A stretch of 63,725 bases of DNA, filler included, from Octopus bimaculoides (taxonomy: Eukaryota): NCBI RefSeq assembly GCF_001194135.2. It is 10 parts of 9 records of this genome, joined end to end, with 100 filler letters (N's around TTAATTAATTAA, not from the genome) between each part and the next. Parts side by side here need not be neighbours in the genome. Positions count along the whole stretch, not along the records: positions 38,200 to 48,583 come from NC_068986.1; positions 48,684 to 55,918 come from NC_068981.1; 8 more parts are not named here. The stretch is one strand, 5' to 3'. Below are positions 40,453 to 52,321 of this stretch, piece by piece. Every line of letters starts with the position of its first letter. The stretch's first letter is position 1. A program made the translations under genes and the position numbers. The notes under the pieces were generated by a model that saw only the letters and a program-made list of their open reading frames with translations, was not told the DNA's origin and ran no database searches.

Positions 40453-40565
40453 CTCAGCTGAAGAGATGCATCTGCCGGTATTGTTGAATAGTAGTAGTCA
40501 ACACTGTTTGCTATTTATACTATATGGAACATTCACCAATGATGTATTGAAACAATTGTAGTGAT
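40453..40565 (+). ncRNA. Type I hammerhead-ribozyme-like motif (candidate)
   Basis: CTGAAGA 40458-40464; stem II GATGCATC/GATGTATT (8 bp, two G-U pairs); GAAA 40549-40552; stem III AC-AATT-GT; cleavage triplet GTA. Stem I imperfect. Confidence 0.5.
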
Positions 40566-40664
40566 ACTTAATAAAGAATGTTCGACCCATCTTCTCTCAA
40601 TAATGTTTATAAAGAGAGAAAATAGTCTAATATTGGGGTATATAAACCCCGCAGTGGGGAAAAG

Positions 40665-40742
40665 TGAATATTAGTACGCATGGGAATCGAACTCTTATAT
40701 TCGCGATAAGTGTGCTATCCAATTACACCAACCGACCCACCA
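40665..40742 (-). mobile_element. tRNA-like (Pol III A/B box) head of an unclassified repeat
   Basis: Minus strand GTGGGTCGGT-TGGTGTAATTGG (A box)...GAGTTCGATTCC (B box); no complete cloverleaf. Confidence 0.55.
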
Positions 40743-40939
40743 AGGCACTTTCCGCTAAATTTAAGAGATATACTTTCATAGTTTTGTTATTAAATAAACA
40801 AATATGTGCGGTCTCTGCGTTAAATGGAAAAGCAGTGACGAGTGAAAATTATGTAAAGAATAATAATTATTGTAAGCTTTTAAGCTTATAATTATTATTA
40901 TTACCGGTGATCACCATGTATCGTCTAAAGCAAGTAGTC

Positions 40940-41228
40940 TAATACTGTTGGTATATAATATTGGGGGTATATAATACTGGGGGTATATGTAATATAATAC
41001 TGGGGTACATATGGTACTGGGGGTATATATAATACTGGGGGTATATAATACTGGGAGTATATATCATACTGGGCGTATATATAATACCGGGTGTATATAA
41101 TACTGGGGGCATATAATACTGGGGGTATATATAATAGTGGGGGTATATAATACTGGGGGTCTATAATACTTGGGTTATATAATGCTGGGGTATATAATAC
41201 TGGGGTATATAATACTGGGGGTATATAA
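40940..41228. repeat. Minisatellite, about 16-bp unit AATACTGGGGGTATAT, roughly 17 degenerate copies
   Basis: Directly visible; unit length varies by G-run length and extra TA. Confidence 0.9.
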
Positions 41229-42742
41229 GCCCTCGACGGTAAAGAAGTGAATATTAGTACGCATGAGAAAACAGCAGAATGAAATTATAGGTCTTAAATC
41301 TAATAGAAGGGTGTCGGTGTTTAGGTTTCTGTAATCGGTTAACGCACCTATGATGATTATAAGACTTCTAAGTTCGATTCATCTGCGTTCTAATACCAAC
41401 TTCATTCCGTCGAGGGCTTACATTTCCAAATTTTAGTCTGTATGTTTTTTTTTTCTTTTGTTGGCAAAACACAGTTATAAGATTTTAAGCCTATAATTAT
41501 TATTTACAGAATGTGTGTTTGTGTGTGTGTGTGTATGGCCGTAAAGCTTTTTCTGTTTGTTTTTCTGTCTTGTTTTTTGTCCGCCACTACATTCCTCCAT
41601 GGCAAGATTTAATTTGTGTATACAAATTTAATTTGCGGTCCATGGGAAGAGCCGTTTTAACGATGCGTCCTGCCCAGCTCTTCGAAACGCCGGTGTTAAA
41701 ACGGGGGTAGCTGATGAAGTAGAATGTTCTCTATGTGGCTTGTGTGTTTTCTCGTCTACGTTTTGTTTGCAATGTCCTGTACCCAGATATGCACCTATAC
41801 ATACAGGTGAATGTCGGTATGCACATACCTGTACGTATATATGCATATACTCATTTNNNNNNNNNNNNNNNNNNNNNNNNNNNNNNNNNNNNNNNNNNNN
41901 NNNNNNNNNNNNNNNNNNNNNNNNNNNNNNNNNNNNNNNNNNNNNNNNNNNNNNNNNNNNNNNNNNNNNNNNNNNNNNNNNNNNNNNNNNNNNNNNNNNN
42001 NNNNNNNNNNNNNNNNNNNNNNNNNNNNNNNNNNNNNNNNNNNNNNNNNNNNNNNNNNNNNNNNNNNNNNNNNNNNNNNNNNNNNNNNNNNNNNNNNNNN
42101 NNNNNNNNNNNNNNNNNNNNNNNNNNNNNNNNNNNNNNNNNNNNNNNNNNNNNNNNNNNNNNNNNNNNNNNNNNNNNNNNNNNNNNNNNNNNNNNNNNNN
42201 NNNNNNNNNNNNNNNNNNNNNNNNNNNNNNNNNNNNNNNNNNNNNNNNNNNNNNNNNNNNNNNNNNNNNNNNNNNNNNNNNNNNNNNNNNNNNNNNNNNN
42301 NNNNNNNNNNNNNNNNNNNNNNNNNNNNNNNNNNNNNNNNNNNNNNNNNNNNNNNNNNNNNNNNNNNNNNNNNNNNNNNNNNNNNNNNNNNNNNNNNNNN
42401 NNNNNNNNNNNNNNNNNNNNNNNNNNNNNNNNNNNNNNNNNNNNNNNNNNNNNNNNNNNNNNNNNNNNNNNNNNNNNNNNNNNNNNNNNNNNNNNNNNNN
42501 NNNNNNNNNNNNNNNNNNNNNNNNTGGTGGCGTCAGCGGCGGTGGTGGTGGTCGTCGTCGTCGTAGTGGTGGTGGTGGTGGTGGTCGTCGTAGTGGTGGT
42601 GGTGGTGGTGGTAGCAACGGTGAATGATGACGATGGTGGTGATGTTGAGAGTGGCGCTGATCTTGATGGTGGTGATGGTAATGGAAATGGTGGTGTGCAG
42701 TGGTGAAGATGATGCTATGGGTGTTGTTGTTGTTGATGGTGG

Positions 42743-42774
<32 letters not shown>

Positions 42775-43620
42775 CTGATGATGGTAATATTTTTTTGTTA
42801 TTATTAGTCCCCATCAATGCCAGGATTAACCTGATTCTCAGCATTAACCTACTAACGTAATCGATTTAAAAACAACAACTGTTAAATAAATAATGAAAGA
42901 AAAAAAAAGACATACACAAAACAAAAGTGTGTGGAAAAGGTAGGGTTAAGATAGAGGGGTGTAATGACTGATGACTGACAGCCATACAGACAGACTGGCA
43001 GACTTCAGAGGGACTAATAATAAGAGAGAGAAGGGGAAAGACAGAGGGGAGAGAGAGGGGTGAAGAGTGATGGGGAGAGAGAGGAGGTGGCTGAGACGTG
43101 ACCTGTTTCTTCTTGATCGATACCGAGTTCATCACTGACAACAGAAGTGTGTCAGTGGTTAATATAATATTTGAGTGCGTGTCATAGTGACATTATATAT
43201 ATATATATATATATATNNNNNNNNNNNNNNNNNNNNNNNNNNNNNNNNNNNNNNNNNNNNNNNNNNNNNNNNNNNNNNNNNNNNNNNNNNNNNNNNNNNN
43301 NNNNNNNNNNNNNNNNNNNNNNNNNNNNNNNNNNNNNNNNNNNNNNNNNNNNNNNNNNNNNNNNNNNNNNNNNNNNNNNNNNNNNNNNNNNNNNNNNNNN
43401 NNNNNNNNNNNNNNNNNNNNNNNNNNNNNNNNNNNNNNNNNNNNNNNNNNNNNNNNNNNNNNNNNNNNNNNNNNNNNNNNNNNNNNNNNNNNNNNNNNNN
43501 NNNNNNNNNNNNNNNNNNNNNNNNNNNNNNNNNNNNNNNNNNNNNNNNNNNNNNNNNNNNNNNNNNNNNNNNNNNNNNNNNNNNNNNNNNNNNNNNNNNN
43601 NNNNNNNNNNNNNNNNNNNN

Positions 43621-44698
43621 AGGTAATTAAAATTCATTATAATGACAGATCTGTGGAACTTTCAAAGACGTCAAATAGTTGGTGCTCGTATGGCAGCCGC
43701 TAGCGTAACGAAAACAGCTAAAATGTTTGGTGTATCAAGAGGTACTGTCTCAAAAGTAATGATAGCCTTTGAGAAAGAGGGAAAAAAACTTCCTCGTCGA
43801 AACAAAACTCCAGAAGAAAACAAAAACATTCAGATAGGGACTGTCGGACTCTTACGCGAATTGTTAGAAAGGATCACAAAAGTACAGCTCCCAAAATTAC
43901 TGTAGAGCTTAATGACCACCTCGAGAACCCAGTTTCCACAAAGCTGGATTTCACGGGATGTCTGTAATCAGAACACCACTACTTTCAAAGACAAATATTG
44001 CAAAGTTTTTAGATTGAAGTAAAAACCTACAGAATTGGTCCCTAGAGCAATGGAAGAATATTATTTTCTCCGACGAGTCATCCTATGCCTTATTTCTGAC
44101 CACCGGCCAAGTATACGTGTGGAGACAGCCAAAAGAAGCATTTGACCCAGACAGCCTTCATCCAACTGTTAAACATGGAGGAGGATCTGTCATGATCTGG
44201 TGGCTATATCTTGGAAATCCGCCGGCCCAATGGTTTCCCTTCATAGCAGAATTAACAGTCATAACTATTTAAGCATTTTATCTGATCAAATTCATCTTAG
44301 GGTTGCGGAACTGTTTCCGGAGGGAAACGGAATCTTTCAGGATGATAATGCACCAATTCACAAAGCTAAAGTTGTTACTGAATGGCACAAAGAGCACTAG
44401 TGAAGTTGAACATCTTATCTGGCCACCACAGTCCCCAGATCATAATATTATTGAACATTTATGATGCATTTTAGAAAAACAAGTAAGGAGTCGATATTCT
44501 CCACCATCATCACTACAAGAACTGGAGACTGTTTTAGCTGAAGAATGGAGAAAAATTCGTTTGGAAACGATTCAGATTTTGTACGAATCCACACCTCATA
44601 GAATTCAAGCAGTAATTACTGCCAAAGGCGGCCATACCTATATTAAAATAACTTTGTTTGAAATTTTAAGGTGTTTCCATTATTTTGTCGAACTCCTG
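43621..44698 (+). mobile_element. Near full-length Tc1-family DNA transposon; transposase pseudogene 43642-44646, 5' TIR lost in a gap
   Basis: MTDLWNFQRRQIVGARMAAASVTKTAKMFGVSRGTVSKV (paired-type HTH), WKNIIFSDES, TVKHGGGSVMIW, IFQDDNAPIH, WPPQSPDHNIIEHL (DD34E-type triad), RIQAVITAKGG. Several frameshifts and stops. 3' TIR GGTGTTTCCATTATTTTGTCGAACTCCTG followed by TA. Confidence 0.95.
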
Positions 44699-45146
44699 TA
44701 TGTATATATATATATATNNNNNNNNNNNNNNNNNNNNNNNNNNNNNNNNNNNNNNNNNNNNNNNNNNNNNNNNNNNNNNNNNNNNNNNNNNNNNNNNNNN
44801 NNNNNNNNNNNNNNNNNNNNNNNNNNNNNNNNNNNNNNNNNNNNNNNNNNNNNNNNNNNNNNNNNNNNNNNNNNNNNNNNNNNNNNNNNNNNNNNNNNNN
44901 NNNNNNNNNNNNNNNNNNNNNNNNNNNNNNNNNNNNNNNNNNNNNNNNNNNNNNNNNNNNNNNNNNNNNNNNNNNNNNNNNNNNNNNNNNNNNNNNNNNN
45001 NNNNNNNNNNNNNNNNNNNNNNNNNNNNNNNNNNNNNNNNNNNNNNNNNNNNNNNNNNNNNNNNNNNNNNNNNNNNNNNNNNNNNNNNNNNNNNNNNNNN
45101 NNNNNNNNNNNNNNNNNNNNNNNNNNNNNNNNNNNNNNNNNNNNNN

Positions 45147-45489
45147 ATAGCCTGAACAGGATAAACTATCCCTATTTTGCAGAGAAAAGTGTAGGTGGCT
45201 AGCTGTGGACTCGAACTCACATCCCCGTGATTACGCGTCACGATGCTTTGACCGATTAAGCTAAACTACCCACTACAAATTCTTCTGTCGTAATTTGAAT
45301 TTAACATATGAGAGCGTCTCATAAAGCGAGATTTATATATCTTAATTTACAGAGGATTTGTAGTGGGTAGTTTAGCTTAATCGGTCAAAGCATCGTGACG
45401 CGTAATCACGGGGATGTGAGTTCGAGTCCACTGCTAGCCACCTACACTTTTCTCTGCAAAATAGGGGTAGTTTATCCTGTTCAGGCTAT
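45147..45489. repeat. Inverted repeat with 134-bp arms (132/134 complementary), each holding a tRNA-like unit
   Basis: Left arm 45147-45280, right arm 45356-45489, 75-bp spacer; checked base by base. Confidence 0.95.
45365..45440 (+). pseudogene. tRNA-like cloverleaf (nominal anticodon CGT, Thr) with non-canonical features; mirror copy at 45196-45271 (-)
   Basis: Acceptor GGGTAGT/GCTAGCC (6/7 paired), D stem GCTT/AAGC, anticodon stem CGTGA/TCACG with loop CGCGTAA, T loop TTCGAGT. Position 33 is G instead of U and the T stem is bulged, so probably not a functional tRNA. Confidence 0.6.
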
Positions 45490-46886
45490 ATTATTAGTAT
45501 TATTCTACGATTGAGAATTTAAAATCACTTTAACTTTCTAAAGACATCTCAACGCTGCTAAAAGCAAACTTCGTTTGTTTATTTACGTTTGTCGTAATTT
45601 GAATTTAATATATATATTGTTTTATTTGTTTCAGGCATTTCATGCGGCCATGCTGCAGCACCGCCTTAAGTTGAACCAATTGACCCGAGAAACTATTCCT
45701 TCTAAGCCGAGTATTTATTCTATCGGTCCCTTTTGTCGAAACCCTAGGTTACGGGGACTTAGACACACCAACATCGGTTGTCAGGTGACCGTGGTGGGAG
45801 GACACCCAAGCACACGTACACACACGCACACACACACGCACACACACATGCACACACAGACACACACACATACACACACATGGTTAAAATAAATACCGAT
45901 TGATTACTGGGGGGTCGATGTAATCGAATTCACCCTTCCAATGAAACCGTTTCCCTGGTGTCAAAATGTTTGCAACCAATAAGCAACATTTCGTCCGTCT
46001 TAAATTTCTGAGTTCAAACGCCACCAGCGCCGATTTTACTTTTCATCTTTTGCGGATCTATAAAATAAGTACCAGTTGAACATTGGGATCGATGTAATCG
46101 ATTTACACCCTCCACCGAAACTACTAGCCTTTTGGCAAAATTGGAAACCAATTTTAAAGTTAAATTAACATACACACATAGGTTTTAAATTTTTACACAA
46201 AGTCAGCAATTTAGGGTAGCTAGATAATTTGATTACATCGACTCCAGTGCACAGCTGGTACTCTTTTTATCGACCTGGAAAGGATGAAAGGCAAAGTCGA
46301 CCTCAGCGAAATTTGGACTCAGGACATAAAGTCGGACGAAATACTGCTAAGCATTTGGCCCGGCGTGCTAACGATTCTGCTGACTCGCCGTCTTACCGCT
46401 CACATAGTCATTAACTGGCTGTACCACATAAACACAAACATAAATTCATATCTGAAAATAGTCTCATATGTGTGCGTGAGTGTCTGTGTTTCTATTTGTG
46501 TCTCGTTGAATGTGTTATGATTTATTTATGTTTCGTTCTGTACTGTATTTCCTTTTTTTTTTTATTACATCCTGTTGCATCAAAGCCAAATATGAGTAAA
46601 TATTTACTTATATCTAATATATAGCAGGGAGCTGTCACAATTTGTATTTTAATTTCTGAACAGCTAATGGCTATTGATTTTTTTTACGTTGTTCGTCTTC
46701 TTCTTCTTCTTCATATAACCATGTTTTCATAAGTGTATATATGTATGTATGTCTGCCTATCTGTCTGTCAATCTGTATGTATGTATGTATGTACGTAGAA
46801 AGACCAGTATCCTAAGAATGAGCATATTATGTAGGTAGGTAAATTGCTACGTATGTGCATATACGTACGATGTATTTATGTACGTA

Positions 46887-46918
<32 letters not shown>

Positions 46919-48859
46919 TGTGTGTGTGGTGGGGGAAGAGCAATATAGTTACACACCACTCTTACTGACAGAGATATAGTTGTTTTACAGATAGGTCAAA
47001 CCTGTTCTCATTCTGATTTGTGGGACGTTGTTGCCTAATTTTCTGCACGTTGTGCCCAGATAACATTTTGCCAAATGTGGGTTTAGTTGACTGAACTTTA
47101 GATACATCATTTTTTGTTCTTCTTTTTTATCAGAACAGGTACGAATTTGTCAAGTCTTTGAACAATTTCCATAATACCACTCCATACAGTCAACTTAAGG
47201 GTGAAGCTACTGTTGGAAATATATCGAGTTTCCGTCACCATAACCATTCAAAATCAATGTTGGATCTTCAAAACATAAACTTCAAACCACTGACAAACGC
47301 TAACCTTAGCTGAAGCAGTCGGAGAAACGTATGCGTGTGCAATAATGAAATAACGTCACTTCAGTCATTTCATCGCACAGATGTAGTGTGCAGTCGCCGA
47401 CGAGGTTGCAAGGCGGAAGTGGAGTCTTGGTCATCTTCGAAAGCGAAAAAAGAATATACATTAACCATGATAAACCTCATGAATGTATGTATGTGTGTGT
47501 GTTTATATGTCTGTATGTGTGCATGCTTGCGTGAGTGCATGTTTGTTCTGCTTTTATTTCGTTAATTCGTTACTAATAGGGAAAAAGACCCGCTTTCATA
47601 TCACATTTCAGCTTGTGGATAGGATCTTTCTATTAGGGCTTTCTGTTGCTCAACACTAACAAAGTCGGCCAAAGATAGCAAAATAAATACTTCTTCCACT
47701 TGGTTGATCATATTTTTGTGAAAGAGTCTCTTTTGTTAGAAGCATTTGCAGAGAAACTGGAGTATTTATGCACCATAGACTCTCGTTTTATCTATGACGC
47801 TTTCAGACGACTTCTGTCATGTTACCCATTCATAACTTTCTATTGATAGTCAGAAACTCTTTCTTCTGATGCCCTGTTTTGGTAGATTTCTGCAACGTTT
47901 CTACGTGTGTATACATGATCATTAATCAAGGAATACTTTCTGAATAATTCCCTTCTGACTTTAAATATATTATCTTCCATATGTGTTCACACTCGATAGA
48001 TAGATGCACTTCAATCCTTATTGGTTAATATGGACATGCTGTGATGTCCAAAGTCTATTGAGATATTTGTTCAAAACGGCTCTTCAGAATCTGTACGAGT
48101 TCATTCAGCTACGAATTATAGCTGTGATTTTCTGCCACAGATGGACTAAGTTTGTATTAGACAAAACTTTAATTAACAAAATGCTTCTAGCATATTTGAA
48201 TATATATATATATTAAAATATGAATTAGAAGCAGCTCGAGATATGTAAGTCAAAACAATGGCGAGACAGCGATGTTTATCGCTCCGGTAAGGATCCTGAT
48301 GAGTTACTGCACTTTACCCCGACTTACTTTGAGGTATTTTTTACACCAGGCGCATAGAAAAACCGCAGCCAACCCACGAACTAACAACACACACTAGTAC
48401 TCGAATACCAAATGCAGAGTAACATGCTTTTTTTTTTTTTGAAGCTTCCCTTTCGTGGAGCAGTTGTGATACAGAATTCCGTATCACAACTGCCCGACGA
48501 ACAGGAAAATGAAACTCCGAGTAGGAGTTTTTTGTAATATTTTTGCAGCTTTAATAAAAAAAAAAAAGTATAAATATGTATATNNNNNNNNNNNNNNNNN
48601 NNNNNNNNNNNNNNNNNNNNNNNNNNNTTAATTAATTAANNNNNNNNNNNNNNNNNNNNNNNNNNNNNNNNNNNNNNNNNNNNGGCGACATGCTTTCTCG
48701 TTGTCTATTTCTTCTGTGATGCTCTCCTTCCGTGTTTGTTTCTCTCTCTCTCTCTCACTCTCTTTCTCTGTCTCTTCTGTGTGTATGTGTGTGTGTCTCT
48801 TCTGCTACTCTCTCTTTGTCTTTCCCCTCTTGTGCAATTCTCTTTACTCTCTTCTGTGA

Positions 48860-48905
<46 letters not shown>

Positions 48906-50869
48906 CTTTCTGTGTTCCCCACCTCTGTATCTCTTATTCCCCCTCCTCTTTAACTCTGTTTCCTCCACAACTATCTTCTCTTCCTTCCTCCTCCATCCTT
49001 TGTCTCTCTTTCTCTCTCTCTCTTCCCCCTCTCTGCCTCCTCTCTCTTTTACCCTCTCTCTCTCTCTTACCCCATCTCTTTCTCTCTTACCATTTCTCTT
49101 TCCCCATCTCCCCCCTCCTCCCATTCTCTGGCTCAGTCTCTTGGAGTAAGTAGTATGCTGTCTGCATATATTTTCATATCAGTAGCTTTATCCTTGAGTG
49201 GTAAAAATGGTCAAGTATTTGACAAAATGCTTTCTGGCATTTAGTCATTTTTACTATATCTACCATGGCTCAGTGGTTAGAGCATTGGGCTCACAATCAC
49301 GAGGTAGTGAGTTTGATTCCTGGACCAAGCTGTGTGTTGTGTTCTTGAACACTGGGGTCGATGTAATCGATTTAATCCCTTGTTTGTCCCCTCTATGTTT
49401 AGTCCCCTGTGGGCAATAAATAAATAAGAGACTGAAAGAAGCCTGTCATGTGTGTATCTTTGTGTCTGTGTTTGTCCCTCACTACTGCTTGCTAAGCGGT
49501 ATTGGTGTGTTTACGCCCCTATAACTTAGCAGTTTGGCAAAATCCACTGATAGAATAAGTATCAGGCTAAGAAAAAGATTAAGTACTGAGGTTGATTTGT
49601 CCAACTAAAAATTCTTCAGAGCCGTGACCCAGCGTGGCTGTAGTCTAATGACTGAAACAAAAAAAAAAAAAGGATACTTCTTGCTTCCTTGTGTTGCAAG
49701 TTCAAACCCTGTTTCGGTTGACTGTGTCATTTACAATTCTGGGTTTTTGGTAACATAAGCACCAAAGAAAGAATGTAAAGAAAAGACCCACTCTTGCACA
49801 TTGATTGGAATATTTTTAGAATGAAACTTATTTCATTCTAATTTCTGATCTCANNNNNNNNNNNNNNNNNNNNNNNNNNNNNNNNNNNNNNNNNNNNNNN
49901 NNNNNNNNNNNNNNNNNNNNNNNNNNNNNNNNNNNNNNNNNNNNNNNNNNNNNNNNNNNNNNNNNNNNNNNNNNNNNNNNNNNNNNNNNNNNNNNNNNNN
50001 NNNNNNNNNNNNNNNNNNNNNNNNNNNNNNNNNNNNNNNNNNNNNNNNNNNNNNNNNNNNNNNNNNNNNNNNNNNNNNNNNNNNNNNNNNNNNNNNNNNN
50101 NNNNNNNNNNNNNNNNNNNNNNNNNNNNNNNNNNNNNNNNNNNNNNNNNNNNNNNNNNNNNNNNNNNNNNNNNNNNNNNNNNNNNNNNNNNNNNNNNNNN
50201 NNNNNNNNNNNNNNNNNNNNNNNNNNNNNNNNNNNNNNNNNNNNNNNNNNNNNNNNNNNNNNNNNNNNNNNNNNNNNNNNNNNNNNNNNNNNNNNNNNNN
50301 NNNNNTTACAGGGGCGTAAACACACCACCATTGGTTGTCAAGTGATGCTGGGGGAGAGGGACAAACACAGACAAACATAAACACACAGATACATATATAT
50401 ACATATACATATATACGATGGGCTTCTTTCAGTTTCCGTCTACCAAATTCACTCACAAGGCTTTGGTCGGCCCGAGGCTATAGTAGGAGACACTTGCCCA
50501 AGGTGCCACACAGTGGGAATGAACCCGGAACCATGTGGTTGGTAAGCAAGCTACTTACCACACAGCCACTCCTGCGCCTATACATATATATATACTTTTG
50601 TAAATTTTATTTTTGCTTCTCTTTATTTTAGTCATGTGCGGGTGGCACATAAAAGACACTATTTCGAGCGTGGCCGTTTTCGTGCGGGTGACACGTAAAA
50701 GCACCCACTACACTCCATGAGTGGTTGGCGTTAGGAAGGGCATCCAGTTGTAGAAACTCTGCCAAATTGGATTGGAGCCTGGTGTTGCCATCCGGTTTCA
50801 GCAGTCCTCAGTCAAATCGTCCAACCCATGCTAGCATGGAAAGCGGACGTTAAACGACGATGATGATTT

Positions 50870-51535
50870 ATCTATTAGCACTCAAGACAAAATGCTTAGC
50901 AATATATCTTCTGGCTTTATTTCTGAGTTCAAATTCTGTCAAGGTCAACTTTGCCTTTCATCCTTTTAGGGATCAATGAAACAAGTACCAGTTATGCACC
51001 AGGGTCAATGTAAACCACTAGCTGCCCACCACCCTCTTCCATGCCTTATGGGAGAAAGAACCATCATCATTAATATTGTTGACTTGCAAGACAAAATACT
51101 GGTGACATTTCATTTATCTTTACAGTCTGAGTTCAAATTCTGACAAGGTTGACTTTGCCTTTCATCCTTTTTCGGGGTCGATAAATTAATTACCAGTGAA
51201 ACACTGGGGTCCACATAATTGATTCATCCCCTCCCCCAAAATGGCTGCCCTTGTGGTAAAATTTGAAATCATTATTATTATTAATTAATATTATTATTAT
51301 TTAAGGCGGTGAGCTGGCAGAATCGTTAGCACACCGGGCGAAATGCTTAGCAGTATTTTATCCGTCTTCACGTTCTGAGTTCAAATTCCGCTGAGGTTGA
51401 CTTTGCCTTGCATCATTTTGGGGTCGATAAATTATGTACCAGTGAAACACTGGGATTGATGTAATATAATCGACTAGACCCCGTCCCCTGCAATTGCTGG
51501 CCTTATGCCTTTAGTAGAAAGGATTATTATTGTCC

Positions 51536-51578
<43 letters not shown>

Positions 51579-52321
51579 GGCGGTGAGCTGGCAGAATCGT
51601 TAGCACACCGGGCGAAATGCTTAGCAGTATTTCGTCTGCTGCTACGTTCTGAGTTCAACTTTGCCTTTCATCCTTTCGGGGTTGATTAAATAAGTACCAG
51701 TTATACGCACTGGGCGTGATGTAATCGACTATCCCCTTGCCCAAATTTCAGGCCTTGTGCCTATAAATAGAAAGGATTATTATTATTAAGGTGGAGAGCT
51801 GGCAGATTCATTAGCATGCTGGGCAAACTGCTTTGTGGAATTTTGTCTGTCTTTATGCTCTCGGTTCAAATGCTACCAAGGTTGACTTTACCTATAATTC
51901 TTCCGGGGTCAATAAAATCAGTACCAGTTGAACAACTGGGGTTGATATAATCAACTATTCCCCTTCCTCCGAAAGTGCTGGCCTTGTGCCAAAGTCTGAA
52001 ACCAATAATTATAAGGCGGCGAGCTGGCAGAATCGTTAGCACGCCAGACAAAATGCTTAGCGGTATTTCGTTCGTCTTTACAGTCTGAGTTCAAATTCCG
52101 CCAAGGTCAGCTTTGCCCTTTCATCCTTTCTGCGTTGATAAAAATAAGGACCAGTTAAACACTGGGAGTTGATCTAATTGACTAACAGCCGCCCCACAAA
52201 TTCCTGACCTTGTACCAATCGTAGAAAGCATTATAATCATCATCATCATCATCGTCGTTTGGTCAACTTTGCCTTTCATCCATTTAGGGGGTCAACAGAA
52301 ATGAAGTAGTCGCTTCCTCGC
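50870..52321 (+). mobile_element. Head-to-tail cluster of at least six SINE family B copies separated by (TAT)n tails
   Basis: Starts AAGG(C/T)GG at 51303, 51577, 51788 and 52013; headless copies near 50880 and 51085; core fragment at about 52261. Confidence 0.85.

Noticed and set aside
40940-41228. Regularly repeated 16-mer considered as a CRISPR-like array
   Set aside because: Units are directly adjacent with no unique spacers, there are no cas genes, and the context is eukaryotic.
41645-41692. GAAGAGC...GCTCTTC stem followed by GAAACG
   Set aside because: No upstream CUGANGA box in the position required for a hammerhead.
48296-48303. Isolated CTGATGAG boxes (also CTGATGA near 41713 and 62646)
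   Set aside because: No stem II plus GAAA downstream.
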